A stretch of 64,000 nucleotides of DNA from IMG/VR virus record IMGVR_UViG_3300032080_000002, positions 11,192 through 75,191 of that record. One strand, 5' to 3'. How positions within the stretch are numbered: the stretch's first letter is position 1; every line of letters begins with the position of its first letter. Origin of the DNA: a virus. Under the pieces are notes generated by a model. That model did not search any database, was not told where the DNA came from, and was given only the letters and a program-made list of their open reading frames with translations. Shown here in pieces: positions 1 to 7,966 of the stretch. The position numbers and the translations under genes are program-made.

Positions 1-84
1 TACTTTATGAGATTAGATTTGATAGAGATTCAGTCGGAAGGAAATACGGTAACATTAAATACTATTTAAAACAAGACAATTATT

Positions 85-330
85 ATGTATACAATCAAAG
101 ATTTAAAAAACTTCATTGAGAAGAACAATTTACCGGATGATATGCCGGTAGGATTATTAGACACGACAACGGACGACACGTATTATATGAACTACTCATT
201 ATCCGAAGAAAACTTTCAAGTGGAGGATTACTTCTCTCAGGAAGATGAAGGTACTGATGACTACGGCAAGCCAAGAGGAAAAATACTATTTATCAATTTT
301 GATAATAAATTAAACGAAAACCCAATTTAG
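85..330 (+). CDS. Hypothetical acidic phage protein
   Basis: 81-aa ORF, A-rich start context, first of a tightly packed + strand run. Confidence 0.7.
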   Translation: MYTIKDLKNFIEKNNLPDDMPVGLLDTTTDDTYYMNYSLSEENFQVEDYFSQEDEGTDDYGKPRGKILFINFDNKLNENPI

Positions 331-332
331 TT

Positions 333-503
333 ATGCTAAATTTCTTTAAAAAACTATTTTGCAGCCACAGGTATCAAATTAAAGATATATACGAAAGATG
401 GTAAGGAGATCCTGTTTATGATTGTTATAAAAAAAGATTTACTGTTTATGAATGCCCAAAATGTAAAAAACAAAAAATAGAGATTAAAATAATATATTTA
501 TGA
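333..503 (+). pseudogene. Small Cys/His protein (LFCxH...CxKC) interrupted by in-frame TAA at 402-404
   Basis: Own translation: MLNFFKKLFCSHRYQIKDIYERW*GDPVYDCYKKRFTVYECPKCKKQKIEIKIIYL; terminal TGA overlaps the next ATG (ATGA). Confidence 0.65.
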
Positions 504-778
504 AACAATATGAAAAACTAAAAATTTACATGGATTATGTGATTACACAAATTGCATTAAAATATGATCTATCAATAGATGCCGGACAAATCAAAAACGA
601 AGGTTGGAAATTTTATCCAATTTTAAATGTGTCAACAACAAAAATAATTGATTGTAAAAATGTGAAGCCAATAAGCTATAAATCATTTGAAGAATTTAGT
701 CAAGATTTAAATGACGAAAGAATTTCTGGATGGTATGGCGGTTGGTATTGGAGATTTAAAGATCGTATAAAATTATAG
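500..778 (+). CDS. Hypothetical protein
   Basis: 92-aa ORF, coupled to neighbours. Confidence 0.7.
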   Translation: MKQYEKLKIYMDYVITQIALKYDLSIDAGQIKNEGWKFYPILNVSTTKIIDCKNVKPISYKSFEEFSQDLNDERISGWYGGWYWRFKDRIKL

Positions 779-780
779 TT

Positions 781-1005
781 ATGGCAACACCACGAGAAAT
801 AGAATACCTGCTTGAAAAATTTGATTATAAAAGTTTTAGAGTATTAGGATTCTACGATAAATCCATAAAGGAAAAAGATTACGACGCACAGATAAAACGA
901 ATCTGCGAATGGTTTGGCATAACCACAATTTTCCAATACGACACAATTGGAATTGAAACCAATAAATTTATTAAATCGGATCTACAAACATTTTCAAAGA
1001 ATTAA
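781..1005 (+). CDS. Hypothetical protein
   Basis: 74-aa ORF in packed operon. Confidence 0.7.
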   Translation: MATPREIEYLLEKFDYKSFRVLGFYDKSIKEKDYDAQIKRICEWFGITTIFQYDTIGIETNKFIKSDLQTFSKN

Positions 1006-1007
1006 TT

Positions 1008-1430
1008 ATGATTAGACAAAGAGATTATGTACCATACGAAAAATCAGTTAGTGTAAACGAACACAAAGCTGCCACTGATGAATCTATAAAATTACTAAAC
1101 GAGTTCCAAGAAAAAGCAAAAGAAAATCTTTGTTACTCAGTTAGGATAAATCAAACATATCTTAATGCCGTAGCATTCTGGTTTAGAGAAGATCAAATGG
1201 ATGGAGGATTTGAAGTTTATTATAAGTTTGGGCTCAATGGTTCAGAGTTTAAAGTAAAGACTTTTGTGAGCGACGAGGATTGGCATGAAGAACAAATGAA
1301 GAACCCACTCGGAGAGCCATCAATAAATATTGCTTTAAAAATTGTTTACGATGGAATAGCTGCCGAAATTGCCAAAGGATTAATAAATGCAACCCTTCCA
1401 GAATTAAATAAACACATGAAATATAGATGA
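1008..1430 (+). CDS. Hypothetical protein
   Basis: 140-aa ORF in packed operon. Confidence 0.75.
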   Translation: MIRQRDYVPYEKSVSVNEHKAATDESIKLLNEFQEKAKENLCYSVRINQTYLNAVAFWFREDQMDGGFEVYYKFGLNGSEFKVKTFVSDEDWHEEQMKNPLGEPSINIALKIVYDGIAAEIAKGLINATLPELNKHMKYR

Positions 1431-1490
1431 TTAATTTGTGTATATCAAATACATTTACTAAATTTACCTCACAAACAAATACACACACTT

Positions 1491-1781
1491 ATGTACACAC
1501 TTAGAATGGTTGATTCAAACCAAAAACAAACAAATCAATTAATCGGGAATATTTATTCATTAATTGACAGAAATTCAAATTATAATGAGTTTTCTGGTAA
1601 TTTTAGAATGCTTTTTGGGAAATCGCATGTTGCTGATTTAGATGAAAATTCCGATGAGCATACTAAAAATGTTTATGCAATTCTTGATTTCATGGGAGAT
1701 ATGATTCCGTTATATAAAGATACGGCTTATTACATCATGACAGAATCCGGAAAAACATTTAGTAATTTAAGTTACAGATAA
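1491..1781 (+). CDS. Hypothetical protein
   Basis: 96-aa ORF. Confidence 0.7.
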   Translation: MYTLRMVDSNQKQTNQLIGNIYSLIDRNSNYNEFSGNFRMLFGKSHVADLDENSDEHTKNVYAILDFMGDMIPLYKDTAYYIMTESGKTFSNLSYR

Positions 1782-1794
1782 AATTCAGTTTCCA

Positions 1795-2052
1795 TTGATG
1801 ATTTTTGATTCCCTAGTATTAGCATTAGCTGTGCTAGGGTTTTTAAAAACTAAAAACAATATTATGCACGCAGATTTAAAAGGCTCATTAAAAGCCATCG
1901 AAAAAAGTTGGAAGGTATTTGAGCACAACGGAAAACCGATGACTAAGAATCAGGTGATAAAAGTTCTGGAATATGGAATCGCCAAAGGATATGAAACCAC
2001 AAGAGACTTTAAAGAAAATGAAGTTGACGAAATACTAAAATTAAAACCATGA
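1795..2052 (+). CDS. Hypothetical protein (start may be the downstream Met of MHADLKG)
   Basis: 85-aa ORF overlapping the next start by 4 nt. Confidence 0.6.
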   Translation: MMIFDSLVLALAVLGFLKTKNNIMHADLKGSLKAIEKSWKVFEHNGKPMTKNQVIKVLEYGIAKGYETTRDFKENEVDEILKLKP

Positions 2053-2471
2053 GCGAACTACAAAAAGAACTAAGACTTGGAAATTTAATCTTAGATAGAG
2101 GAAAGTCAACAACATTAAAGCCTAGTCAATTAGTAAATCTAATACAAGGTATTGCTTCTTATGAAGCCATTCCCCTCACCAAAGAAAACATTGAAAAATA
2201 TATCGATTGGGGTTTTGAATTTGGATTTAATAAATCGATTGTTGAAAAAGAATATTGGATAGAGCACCAGTTCTTAATGGAGAATGCAATTGATGGATCT
2301 AGTAGTTTTGAAATAATATTTTCTGAAAGTAAATCCGACCAAAATGATATTCAAATATCTTATTACATCGACGATAAATTATTAGAATTCGGACTCGATG
2401 ACACTTTGCATAATTTACAGAATCTTTTTTTCATTTCGTGCGGACAAGAATTACCAATTAATAAATACTAA
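2049..2471 (+). CDS. Hypothetical phage protein with ELRxGN N-terminus
   Basis: 140-aa ORF; ELRLGNLI start is a recurrent motif in Bacteroidota phage accessory proteins. Confidence 0.7.
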   Translation: MSELQKELRLGNLILDRGKSTTLKPSQLVNLIQGIASYEAIPLTKENIEKYIDWGFEFGFNKSIVEKEYWIEHQFLMENAIDGSSSFEIIFSESKSDQNDIQISYYIDDKLLEFGLDDTLHNLQNLFFISCGQELPINKY

Positions 2472-2475
2472 TAAT

Positions 2476-2649
2476 ATGATAACATTTAGAGACATAAGTG
2501 GAAATGAAATAAAGATCAATATTAGATATGTAGTAGCGATTTATTGTGATAGCGAAATATTATTATCAACAGGTGATCGAATCAATATAGATATGGCTTA
2601 TGATCAATTAAGAGCGATAATAAATAGTGCAATATCAATGATTAAATAA
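2476..2649 (+). CDS. Small FlbD/SwrD-like protein (copy 1)
   Basis: ATG at 2476; MITFRDISGNEIKINIRYVVAIY...LLSTGDRINI pattern. Confidence 0.5.
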   Translation: MITFRDISGNEIKINIRYVVAIYCDSEILLSTGDRINIDMAYDQLRAIINSAISMIK

Positions 2650-2785
2650 AAAAAATATGACACTCGAAGAAATTAAAATTAATTGGAGTAAAACGGATGA
2701 CACCATCTACGGAGACAATGAATACGAAAAGAAACTAAAATCCTTGGAAGCAGCCAAGACTAAAGTAATCGCAAAAAATTAAGTT

Positions 2786-3028
2786 ATGGCAAAGAAAAGA
2801 TTTTTTGAAATCATCGATCAGATGAATATTCAAGACACAGAAAATAATACGGAAAATATTCAGGTATGTCCGACTTTTATTTCTGCAAACTTCAGTAAAA
2901 AAGGAACACAAGTTACAATGGGAGTTCCAGGAAATATTGTTTTCGATTTAGAATCTGACAAATTAATTCCTGTTTTACTATTAATAAACAGAGAGGAATA
3001 CGATAAACTTCAAATCGAAAACAAATGA
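2786..3028 (+). CDS. Hypothetical protein
   Basis: 80-aa ORF. Confidence 0.7.
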   Translation: MAKKRFFEIIDQMNIQDTENNTENIQVCPTFISANFSKKGTQVTMGVPGNIVFDLESDKLIPVLLLINREEYDKLQIENK

Positions 3029-3252
3029 GAAATGCAAAATATCTCCGCAACAAACCAAAAGGATTTGGAAATAACATTCTAGGTGGAGAAGGAATATCCG
3101 GAATACGATTGGAATCAGGCTCAAAAATGGACTTTAATGGAAAAGAGGTAATTGTCGTAACCCAAAGAGCTTTAAGGAATTTTACCACGGTATCTGATGG
3201 TGATAAAGAGTTTGAAGTTGAGACTGATAAATTGAAAATAATAAATGAATAA
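3025..3252 (+). CDS. Hypothetical protein
   Basis: 75-aa ORF, overlapping starts and stops. Confidence 0.6.
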   Translation: MRNAKYLRNKPKGFGNNILGGEGISGIRLESGSKMDFNGKEVIVVTQRALRNFTTVSDGDKEFEVETDKLKIINE

Positions 3253-3586
3253 AGAAATCCTAAAACAAAACTTTGAAAAAGCCTGCGCAGATTATATCGA
3301 ATACTTCTGTAAAAAACAAGAAATGTATTTTGAGTTTTGGGTTGCTGATGAAATAGGTGGAGTAGCTTGTTTTGGGGATTACTTTTTTAGCCTCACAGAT
3401 ATAATATTAGATATAGAAACTGATCAGCCTGCAGAATTAATTTTAGATTGGCAAAATGAAATTGCTGATCAAGATCCTCAAAACAAAAAATCAGTATTCA
3501 TAAATTACAGATCGTACATTAAAGGATTACGATTGATAAATTTAGATGATGATTGGAATTCTGGAAATGGATCACATTACAAATAA
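3245..3586 (+). CDS. Hypothetical protein
   Basis: 113-aa ORF. Confidence 0.7.
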   Translation: MNKEILKQNFEKACADYIEYFCKKQEMYFEFWVADEIGGVACFGDYFFSLTDIILDIETDQPAELILDWQNEIADQDPQNKKSVFINYRSYIKGLRLINLDDDWNSGNGSHYK

Positions 3587-3599
3587 CAAATAAATACTT

Positions 3600-4118
3600 A
3601 TGAAATTAACAGTAATTTTAGAAAAGACTTCAACCGGATATTCTGCATATTGCAAAGAAATTGACGGAATGACAACTGTAGGAAAAACTTCTGCAGAGAT
3701 TAAAGAAAACTTCCAAGAATTAATTCAGATGCGATCTGATTATTTGGATGAACAAGGCAAAGAAAAAGAAGCTAACGAAATGTCAAAAGCTAAATTTGAA
3801 TTTGTTTTTGAAAAAGAGATTTATAAAAAAACTAATCTTACAGGAAAGCATGTCGTTTGTAAAGATGTAGACTTTCTGGATTTTGAAAAAGATAAAAATG
3901 GATTAGTTAAAATCTACGATACGCTTGACAAGGCAATTGAAAGTACGGTAGATAACGACTACCCCTCTACATTAATTCTTCAGGTTGTAGGTTGTGGATT
4001 TTCAAAAGTAGAAGGCGAAGAAGAGCCAGATGAATCAAATTCTATTTCTGTTGATTTAGAAGCTGAAAATATATCATTTACTGAAGCGATTGTAAAATAT
4101 GGAAAGCGTATAAAATAA
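3600..4118 (+). CDS. HicB-like antitoxin domain fused to unknown C-terminal domain
   Basis: N-terminus MKLTVILEKTSTGYSAYCKEIDGMTTVGKTSAEIKENFQELI matches the HicB RNase H-like pattern. Confidence 0.7.
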   Translation: MKLTVILEKTSTGYSAYCKEIDGMTTVGKTSAEIKENFQELIQMRSDYLDEQGKEKEANEMSKAKFEFVFEKEIYKKTNLTGKHVVCKDVDFLDFEKDKNGLVKIYDTLDKAIESTVDNDYPSTLILQVVGCGFSKVEGEEEPDESNSISVDLEAENISFTEAIVKYGKRIK

Positions 4119-4166
4119 TATACTTTTCTTGCCTCTAAAATAAGCACACTAGAAGATTTTTTTCAT

Positions 4167-4191
4167 ATCACCATTCAATCCGAGTGGTGAT
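4167..4191. terminator. Hairpin between convergent genes
   Basis: ATCACCATTC-AATCC-GAGTGGTGAT inverted repeat with T-rich flanks. Confidence 0.55.
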
Positions 4192-4192
4192 T

Positions 4193-4546
4193 TTAGTTTA
4201 GGTGATATTTTGGCTGAGTAACAGACTTATAAATATCTTCGTCCATTAAATATAAAAGAGTCTCCTCAATACATTTGCCCACGGATTCATAGATAACTTC
4301 TTCCAGGTTTTCATCCTCACGATCATACAATTGCATATTACACATTTTATCTCTTTTGTATCGGGGATTATCCGGAGTCAGAATAGTAATCTGGGCAGCG
4401 AAGTATTCTGTATCAATTGAAAAGCCAATGAACATCTTTTCTTGGCTTATTTCAAAATACCTGACCGAATACTTTATATCCGCGAGAACTTCAAAAATTT
4501 CATTAGATACTGCGTTGAAATAATCTATAGTATGATTCGTTTTCAT
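4193..4546 (-). CDS. Stand-alone hypothetical protein (probable start MKTNHT)
   Basis: ORF 4193..4594 trimmed to ATG at 4546 because the longer N-terminus overlaps a terminator. Confidence 0.65.
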   Translation of the reverse strand: MKTNHTIDYFNAVSNEIFEVLADIKYSVRYFEISQEKMFIGFSIDTEYFAAQITILTPDNPRYKRDKMCNMQLYDREDENLEEVIYESVGKCIEETLLYLMDEDIYKSVTQPKYHLN

Positions 4547-4585
4547 ATGTAATTGTTTTTCTAAAGTTACTAAATATAATAACAC

Positions 4586-4613
4586 AAAAAACACCGATCA
4601 TAGTTGACCGGTG
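4586..4613 (-). terminator. Intrinsic terminator ending the tRNA-like transcript
   Basis: Minus strand CACCGGTCA-ACTA-TGATCGGTG followed by TTTTTT. Confidence 0.7.
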
Positions 4614-4683
4614 AATTAACCACTAAAAAACTAAAATAATAATGAAAACAATTAAACCATTCACGAAATGAAAAGTAAAAATT

Positions 4684-4783
4684 TGGGAATTTAGAAGGGC
4701 TCGAACCTCCGACCTCACATTCTTTTCGAATGTCCTTTTCAGGATCATTTCTGAAGCACTCTACCTACTGAGCTATAAATTCC
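4684..4783 (-). ncRNA. tRNA-like RNA with normal acceptor, D and T arms but enlarged non-canonical anticodon domain
   Basis: Minus strand GGAATTTA/TAAATTCC acceptor, TAGCTCAGTAGGTAGAGT D-arm, GGAGG-TTCGAGC-CCTTC T-arm; 47 nt between D and T arms instead of about 23; no U33-type 7-nt loop on a 5-bp stem. Confidence 0.8.
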
Positions 4784-4788
4784 GTTTT

Positions 4789-4820
4789 AAAAAAGCCTAC
4801 ACCATAATTGATACAGGCTC
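4789..4820 (-). terminator. Terminator-like hairpin just upstream of the tRNA-like RNA
   Basis: Minus strand AGCCTGTA...TGTAGGCT followed by TTTTT. Confidence 0.6.
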
Positions 4821-4866
4821 AAATTAACTATAAAAAAACCATTATGTCTTAATGATAACATTGATA

Positions 4867-4874
4867 CAAATATA
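4867..4874 (-). promoter_or_regulatory. Bacteroidota -7 promoter element driving the ncRNA cassette
   Basis: TATATTTG on minus strand matches TAnnTTTG. Confidence 0.6.
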
Positions 4875-4904
4875 TATAATATGTTTATTAAAAACAAATG
4901 TTTT

Positions 4905-5525
4905 TTAATAAATTTCAATTTCTCCGTCTTTTAAATTTGGGCTTGGGTGGATTTTTAATAAATATCCTGCGATCCAAACTGAATGTATTTTGAAATCATG
5001 CATTGATTGTAATGCATGGTAATCTGAATAACTCATAATAGCCACTTCGCATTCTTTGCCAGATAATTTTCTTTCATGAATTTTATCTACGATATTATGA
5101 ATTACATCGCGGGGCTGATTTTCGTTCTTAAATTTTTCTACTACCAAATCGAAAGCCTCAGCAATATCTTTATTAATTGCTGGATAATCAAATTTAATCC
5201 CAGGTTTGGTTAATGGTTCAAAATCCCATAGATTAACTCTTCCGAATGGGCTTACTTCATCCTTATAATTTAAAGGAATTGGTGGAGCATCATAACAAGG
5301 AGTTTGAATTTTCATCTGACCTATTTCATCTAATAAAAATAAACTAGGCTCAGTACTTTTTTTAGATTTTGCCTTTTTGAAAACTAACCCATCTAGATTA
5401 TCACAATTCCTCAAACGATCACTTGCTTCATTAATTAGATCTTGCTTAGTTTTATTATGATGAAATCCTGTAAATGGTGGAATAGCATCTAATTCTTCCT
5501 GCGTATATTTCTCATTTAAACTCAT
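4905..5525 (-). CDS. Hypothetical protein
   Basis: 206-aa ORF overlapping upstream stop. Confidence 0.7.
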   Translation of the reverse strand: MSLNEKYTQEELDAIPPFTGFHHNKTKQDLINEASDRLRNCDNLDGLVFKKAKSKKSTEPSLFLLDEIGQMKIQTPCYDAPPIPLNYKDEVSPFGRVNLWDFEPLTKPGIKFDYPAINKDIAEAFDLVVEKFKNENQPRDVIHNIVDKIHERKLSGKECEVAIMSYSDYHALQSMHDFKIHSVWIAGYLLKIHPSPNLKDGEIEIY

Positions 5526-6028
5526 AGCTGTATATTTTTAGTGTAAGCGTTTTCTATTTCTTTGAACCGGTCGTATTGAAAATAAACATCGTGACCTTTC
5601 TTTATTTTCTTAGATTCTTTTTTAGTAAATTCACATATCTCCATGAATTTGATTAATTCCGGATAAAAGGTTTTTTTCTTTCTTTTTAGATATGCCTCAC
5701 CATCAAAGTAGGAAGGTTTTCCTTTATCGTCCAAGAATATCTTATTTGTACTTTGGTGATACATTCCAATACATCCTGGAATAAGTGTTTTCTGGCAATT
5801 CACTTTAATATAAAACTCAAATCCACAAGAACATAATTCATCGTAGCCAACTACTTTAAATCTTTTGGGATCTAGATTTATAGCATGAAGCATTGTGTCT
5901 AAAACCGAAACCAAACCTCCATCCGAGGATATGTAAATTGTTATTAACTTTTCTTTCGAATTTAATGCTGTAAAGAATTTCTCAAGCATTTCTTTATCTA
6001 ATGACTGATCGTGGAATAATAGATTCAT
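5522..6028 (-). CDS. ClpP-like serine protease
   Basis: IYISSDGG, LCSCG (Ser), GMYHQ (His) and GHDVYF (Asp) in ClpP order. Confidence 0.75.
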   Translation of the reverse strand: MNLLFHDQSLDKEMLEKFFTALNSKEKLITIYISSDGGLVSVLDTMLHAINLDPKRFKVVGYDELCSCGFEFYIKVNCQKTLIPGCIGMYHQSTNKIFLDDKGKPSYFDGEAYLKRKKKTFYPELIKFMEICEFTKKESKKIKKGHDVYFQYDRFKEIENAYTKNIQL

Positions 6029-6210
6029 TAGAATGTAGTTTTTTGTTTTAATTTATTATATTGTATAAGTAAATCTGAGTAAGCGTCGATAGTTCGTTCA
6101 TAATCTTTTTTGTAATTATGAGTATAGATATGAATATTTAATACCTTAATCAGTAGTAAACAGACTAGTCCAGTAATTAATGTAATTAGTATTATTTCTA
6201 TAATATCCAT
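6028..6210 (-). CDS. Small membrane protein
   Basis: 60 aa, N-terminal hydrophobic helix. Confidence 0.6.
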   Translation of the reverse strand: MDIIEIILITLITGLVCLLLIKVLNIHIYTHNYKKDYERTIDAYSDLLIQYNKLKQKTTF

Positions 6211-6234
6211 TTTATTTAGTTTTTTAAATTAAAA

Positions 6235-6262
6235 AAATCCCTCCAAATTAATAGAGGGATTT
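6235..6262 (-). terminator. Terminator after Hc1-like gene
   Basis: AATCCCTC...GAGGGATT inverted repeat with A run on + strand. Confidence 0.6.
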
Positions 6263-6277
6263 GGCTTAGTGTTATTT

Positions 6278-6445
6278 TTAAGATTTTAGAGATTCTTTTC
6301 TAAATTCCTTAAAAAGCTTTGTAAGTTGTAAGGAAGATTTTCTTGCTCTCCCGCCGGCTGCATTGTTTCCTTTTTCTAATTGACTTGTAGCATTAGTTTG
6401 AAATGCTTCGATTTGTTTGTTGATTTCGTCTAGTAAATCTTTCAT
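6278..6445 (-). CDS. Histone H1-like Hc1-family small DNA-binding protein (not in ORF track)
   Basis: Own translation, 55 aa: MKDLLDEINKQIEAFQTNATSQLEKGNNAAGGRARKSSLQLTKLFKEFRKESLKS; GNxAAGxRARK is the Bacteroidota Hc1-like signature. Confidence 0.8.
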   Translation of the reverse strand: MKDLLDEINKQIEAFQTNATSQLEKGNNAAGGRARKSSLQLTKLFKEFRKESLKS

Positions 6446-6485
6446 GTTGTTTTAAATTTAAATTGTTAATGAATATTGTATATAG

Positions 6486-6493
6486 CAAATATA
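6486..6493 (-). promoter_or_regulatory. -7 promoter element of Hc1-like gene
   Basis: TATATTTG on minus strand. Confidence 0.6.
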
Positions 6494-6499
6494 CTATAT

Positions 6500-7123
6500 T
6501 TATTTGAGTTGACCATCAACTAATGCTAAAAATTGCTTCTGACTGCAATATTTTATTTTATTGAAAAGATTAAAGTAAATTCCATGCTTGAATTTCGTAT
6601 TGCTTAATGCTTGAAATCTCTTATCGAAAACCGATTTTAGCGATTTATGTTCTTTCTCAATTTCCTCTAATAACTTCTTATTCGGAACGTCACCATTCTG
6701 AATCACAACAAATGGAGAGCTAATCATAATAAACTCATAAACTATAATAGCATATAGTAAATCTACCAGAAAAGGGTCGTTTGATTTTTGATAGTCTGAC
6801 AATAATTGCGCCGAAAGCCCTCCAAAATACTCCACAACCAAAGCGTAATCATTCTTGTATTCCTTAGCTCTTTGATTTCGCTCATAGATAGTAAACATAT
6901 CATCCGAGTCCATAATGGAAACTCTCTGAAGATATTTGTAAAAATTATTCTTTGGCAGAACTTTTTTCTCTTGTAAATGCTCAATCGTCGGAACAATATC
7001 TTGACTTAAAAAAGTAATCAACTGATAATTTAATGTAACATTCTCTGTTAGTTTTTTCTTTTTTGGAACCGGAAATTTTACTTTTGCTTCTATTTTGTTT
7101 TCTAAAAAGTCTAATGCTCCCAT
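6500..7123 (-). CDS. Hypothetical protein
   Basis: 207-aa ORF. Confidence 0.75.
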   Translation of the reverse strand: MGALDFLENKIEAKVKFPVPKKKKLTENVTLNYQLITFLSQDIVPTIEHLQEKKVLPKNNFYKYLQRVSIMDSDDMFTIYERNQRAKEYKNDYALVVEYFGGLSAQLLSDYQKSNDPFLVDLLYAIIVYEFIMISSPFVVIQNGDVPNKKLLEEIEKEHKSLKSVFDKRFQALSNTKFKHGIYFNLFNKIKYCSQKQFLALVDGQLK

Positions 7124-7261
7124 CTTAAATTACTTTTACTTTATTTCCTACGATTTCAAAACTCATTTCTACCAAAGCTAAATCTGATAATATTGAGAAT
7201 GTTTGTTTTTCTTTGCCAAATTCTTGGACTGTATTTTGTTCTATTTTTAGGTATAGTTTAT

Positions 7262-7474
7262 TCATTTTTTGAAAAGTTTCTTAATTATTTGTTTTTGTTC
7301 TTCCAGAGAAAATCCATTTGATTCTCCAATTTTCAATTCATTTTCTATCTCATTAAAATCTACTTCTTTTTTAATTTCATAAAGAAATAAATCCCAATCA
7401 TTATCATTCATCCATTCTTCCTTAAATGTTTCTGAAAGCATTTGAATAACAAATTGTTGATATATATTTTCCAT
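7262..7474 (-). CDS. Hypothetical protein
   Basis: 70-aa ORF. Confidence 0.65.
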   Translation of the reverse strand: MENIYQQFVIQMLSETFKEEWMNDNDWDLFLYEIKKEVDFNEIENELKIGESNGFSLEEQKQIIKKLFKK

Positions 7475-7477
7475 GAT

Positions 7478-7966
7478 TTAGTATAAGCAGATTAATATTG
7501 CATCGCGTACGTCGCTGTTCGATTTTTTTGGCATTTGAATTCCTAGAGGTTTTAGTAAATTAACAATCTCTTCATGGGTTATTTTACCTCCTGCACCTTT
7601 CCATCTTTTTGTTAATGGCAATGAAAGCTTGTAAGGAATTTCTAGATCGACACAAAGCTGTTCTATCTTCCTCCCGACCTCATGGTTTGCTCCAACTTTT
7701 TTACCAATGGTTGCAGATATATTTGAGTATTTTAGAACCTCAGAATATGAATAAAGACTTTTCTTTGGAATACTAGAATGAAAATCTGATTTAGAAATTT
7801 TCCATCCGGCTTCAATCTTAACTTGTGTGATTTCTGATTTATTTTCAACAAGCCAACGTTGCAAATCAAAGAATTTTATTGCTGAGTATTGTAATTCTTT
7901 TGTTTCTTTGTTATAAGATGAGAAACCTATTTTTAAAATATCCGGATCAAGACCTACTATTTTCAT
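7478..7966 (-). CDS. RuvC-like Holliday junction resolvase
   Basis: IVGLDP, KIEAG and DVRDA acidic motifs of the RNase H/RuvC fold. Confidence 0.75.
   Translation of the reverse strand: MKIVGLDPDILKIGFSSYNKETKELQYSAIKFFDLQRWLVENKSEITQVKIEAGWKISKSDFHSSIPKKSLYSYSEVLKYSNISATIGKKVGANHEVGRKIEQLCVDLEIPYKLSLPLTKRWKGAGGKITHEEIVNLLKPLGIQMPKKSNSDVRDAILICLY

Noticed and set aside
4684-4783. Reading the tRNA-like RNA as tRNA-Sec/opal suppressor (CTTCAGA, 8-bp acceptor), tRNA-Phe (CTGAAAA) or tRNA-Ser (TGA with long variable arm)
   Set aside because: CTTCAGA has no enclosing stem. The CTGAAAA stem has a mismatch and leaves extra sequence on both sides. The TTCAG/CTGAA stem gives an 8-nt loop without U33 or purine 37.
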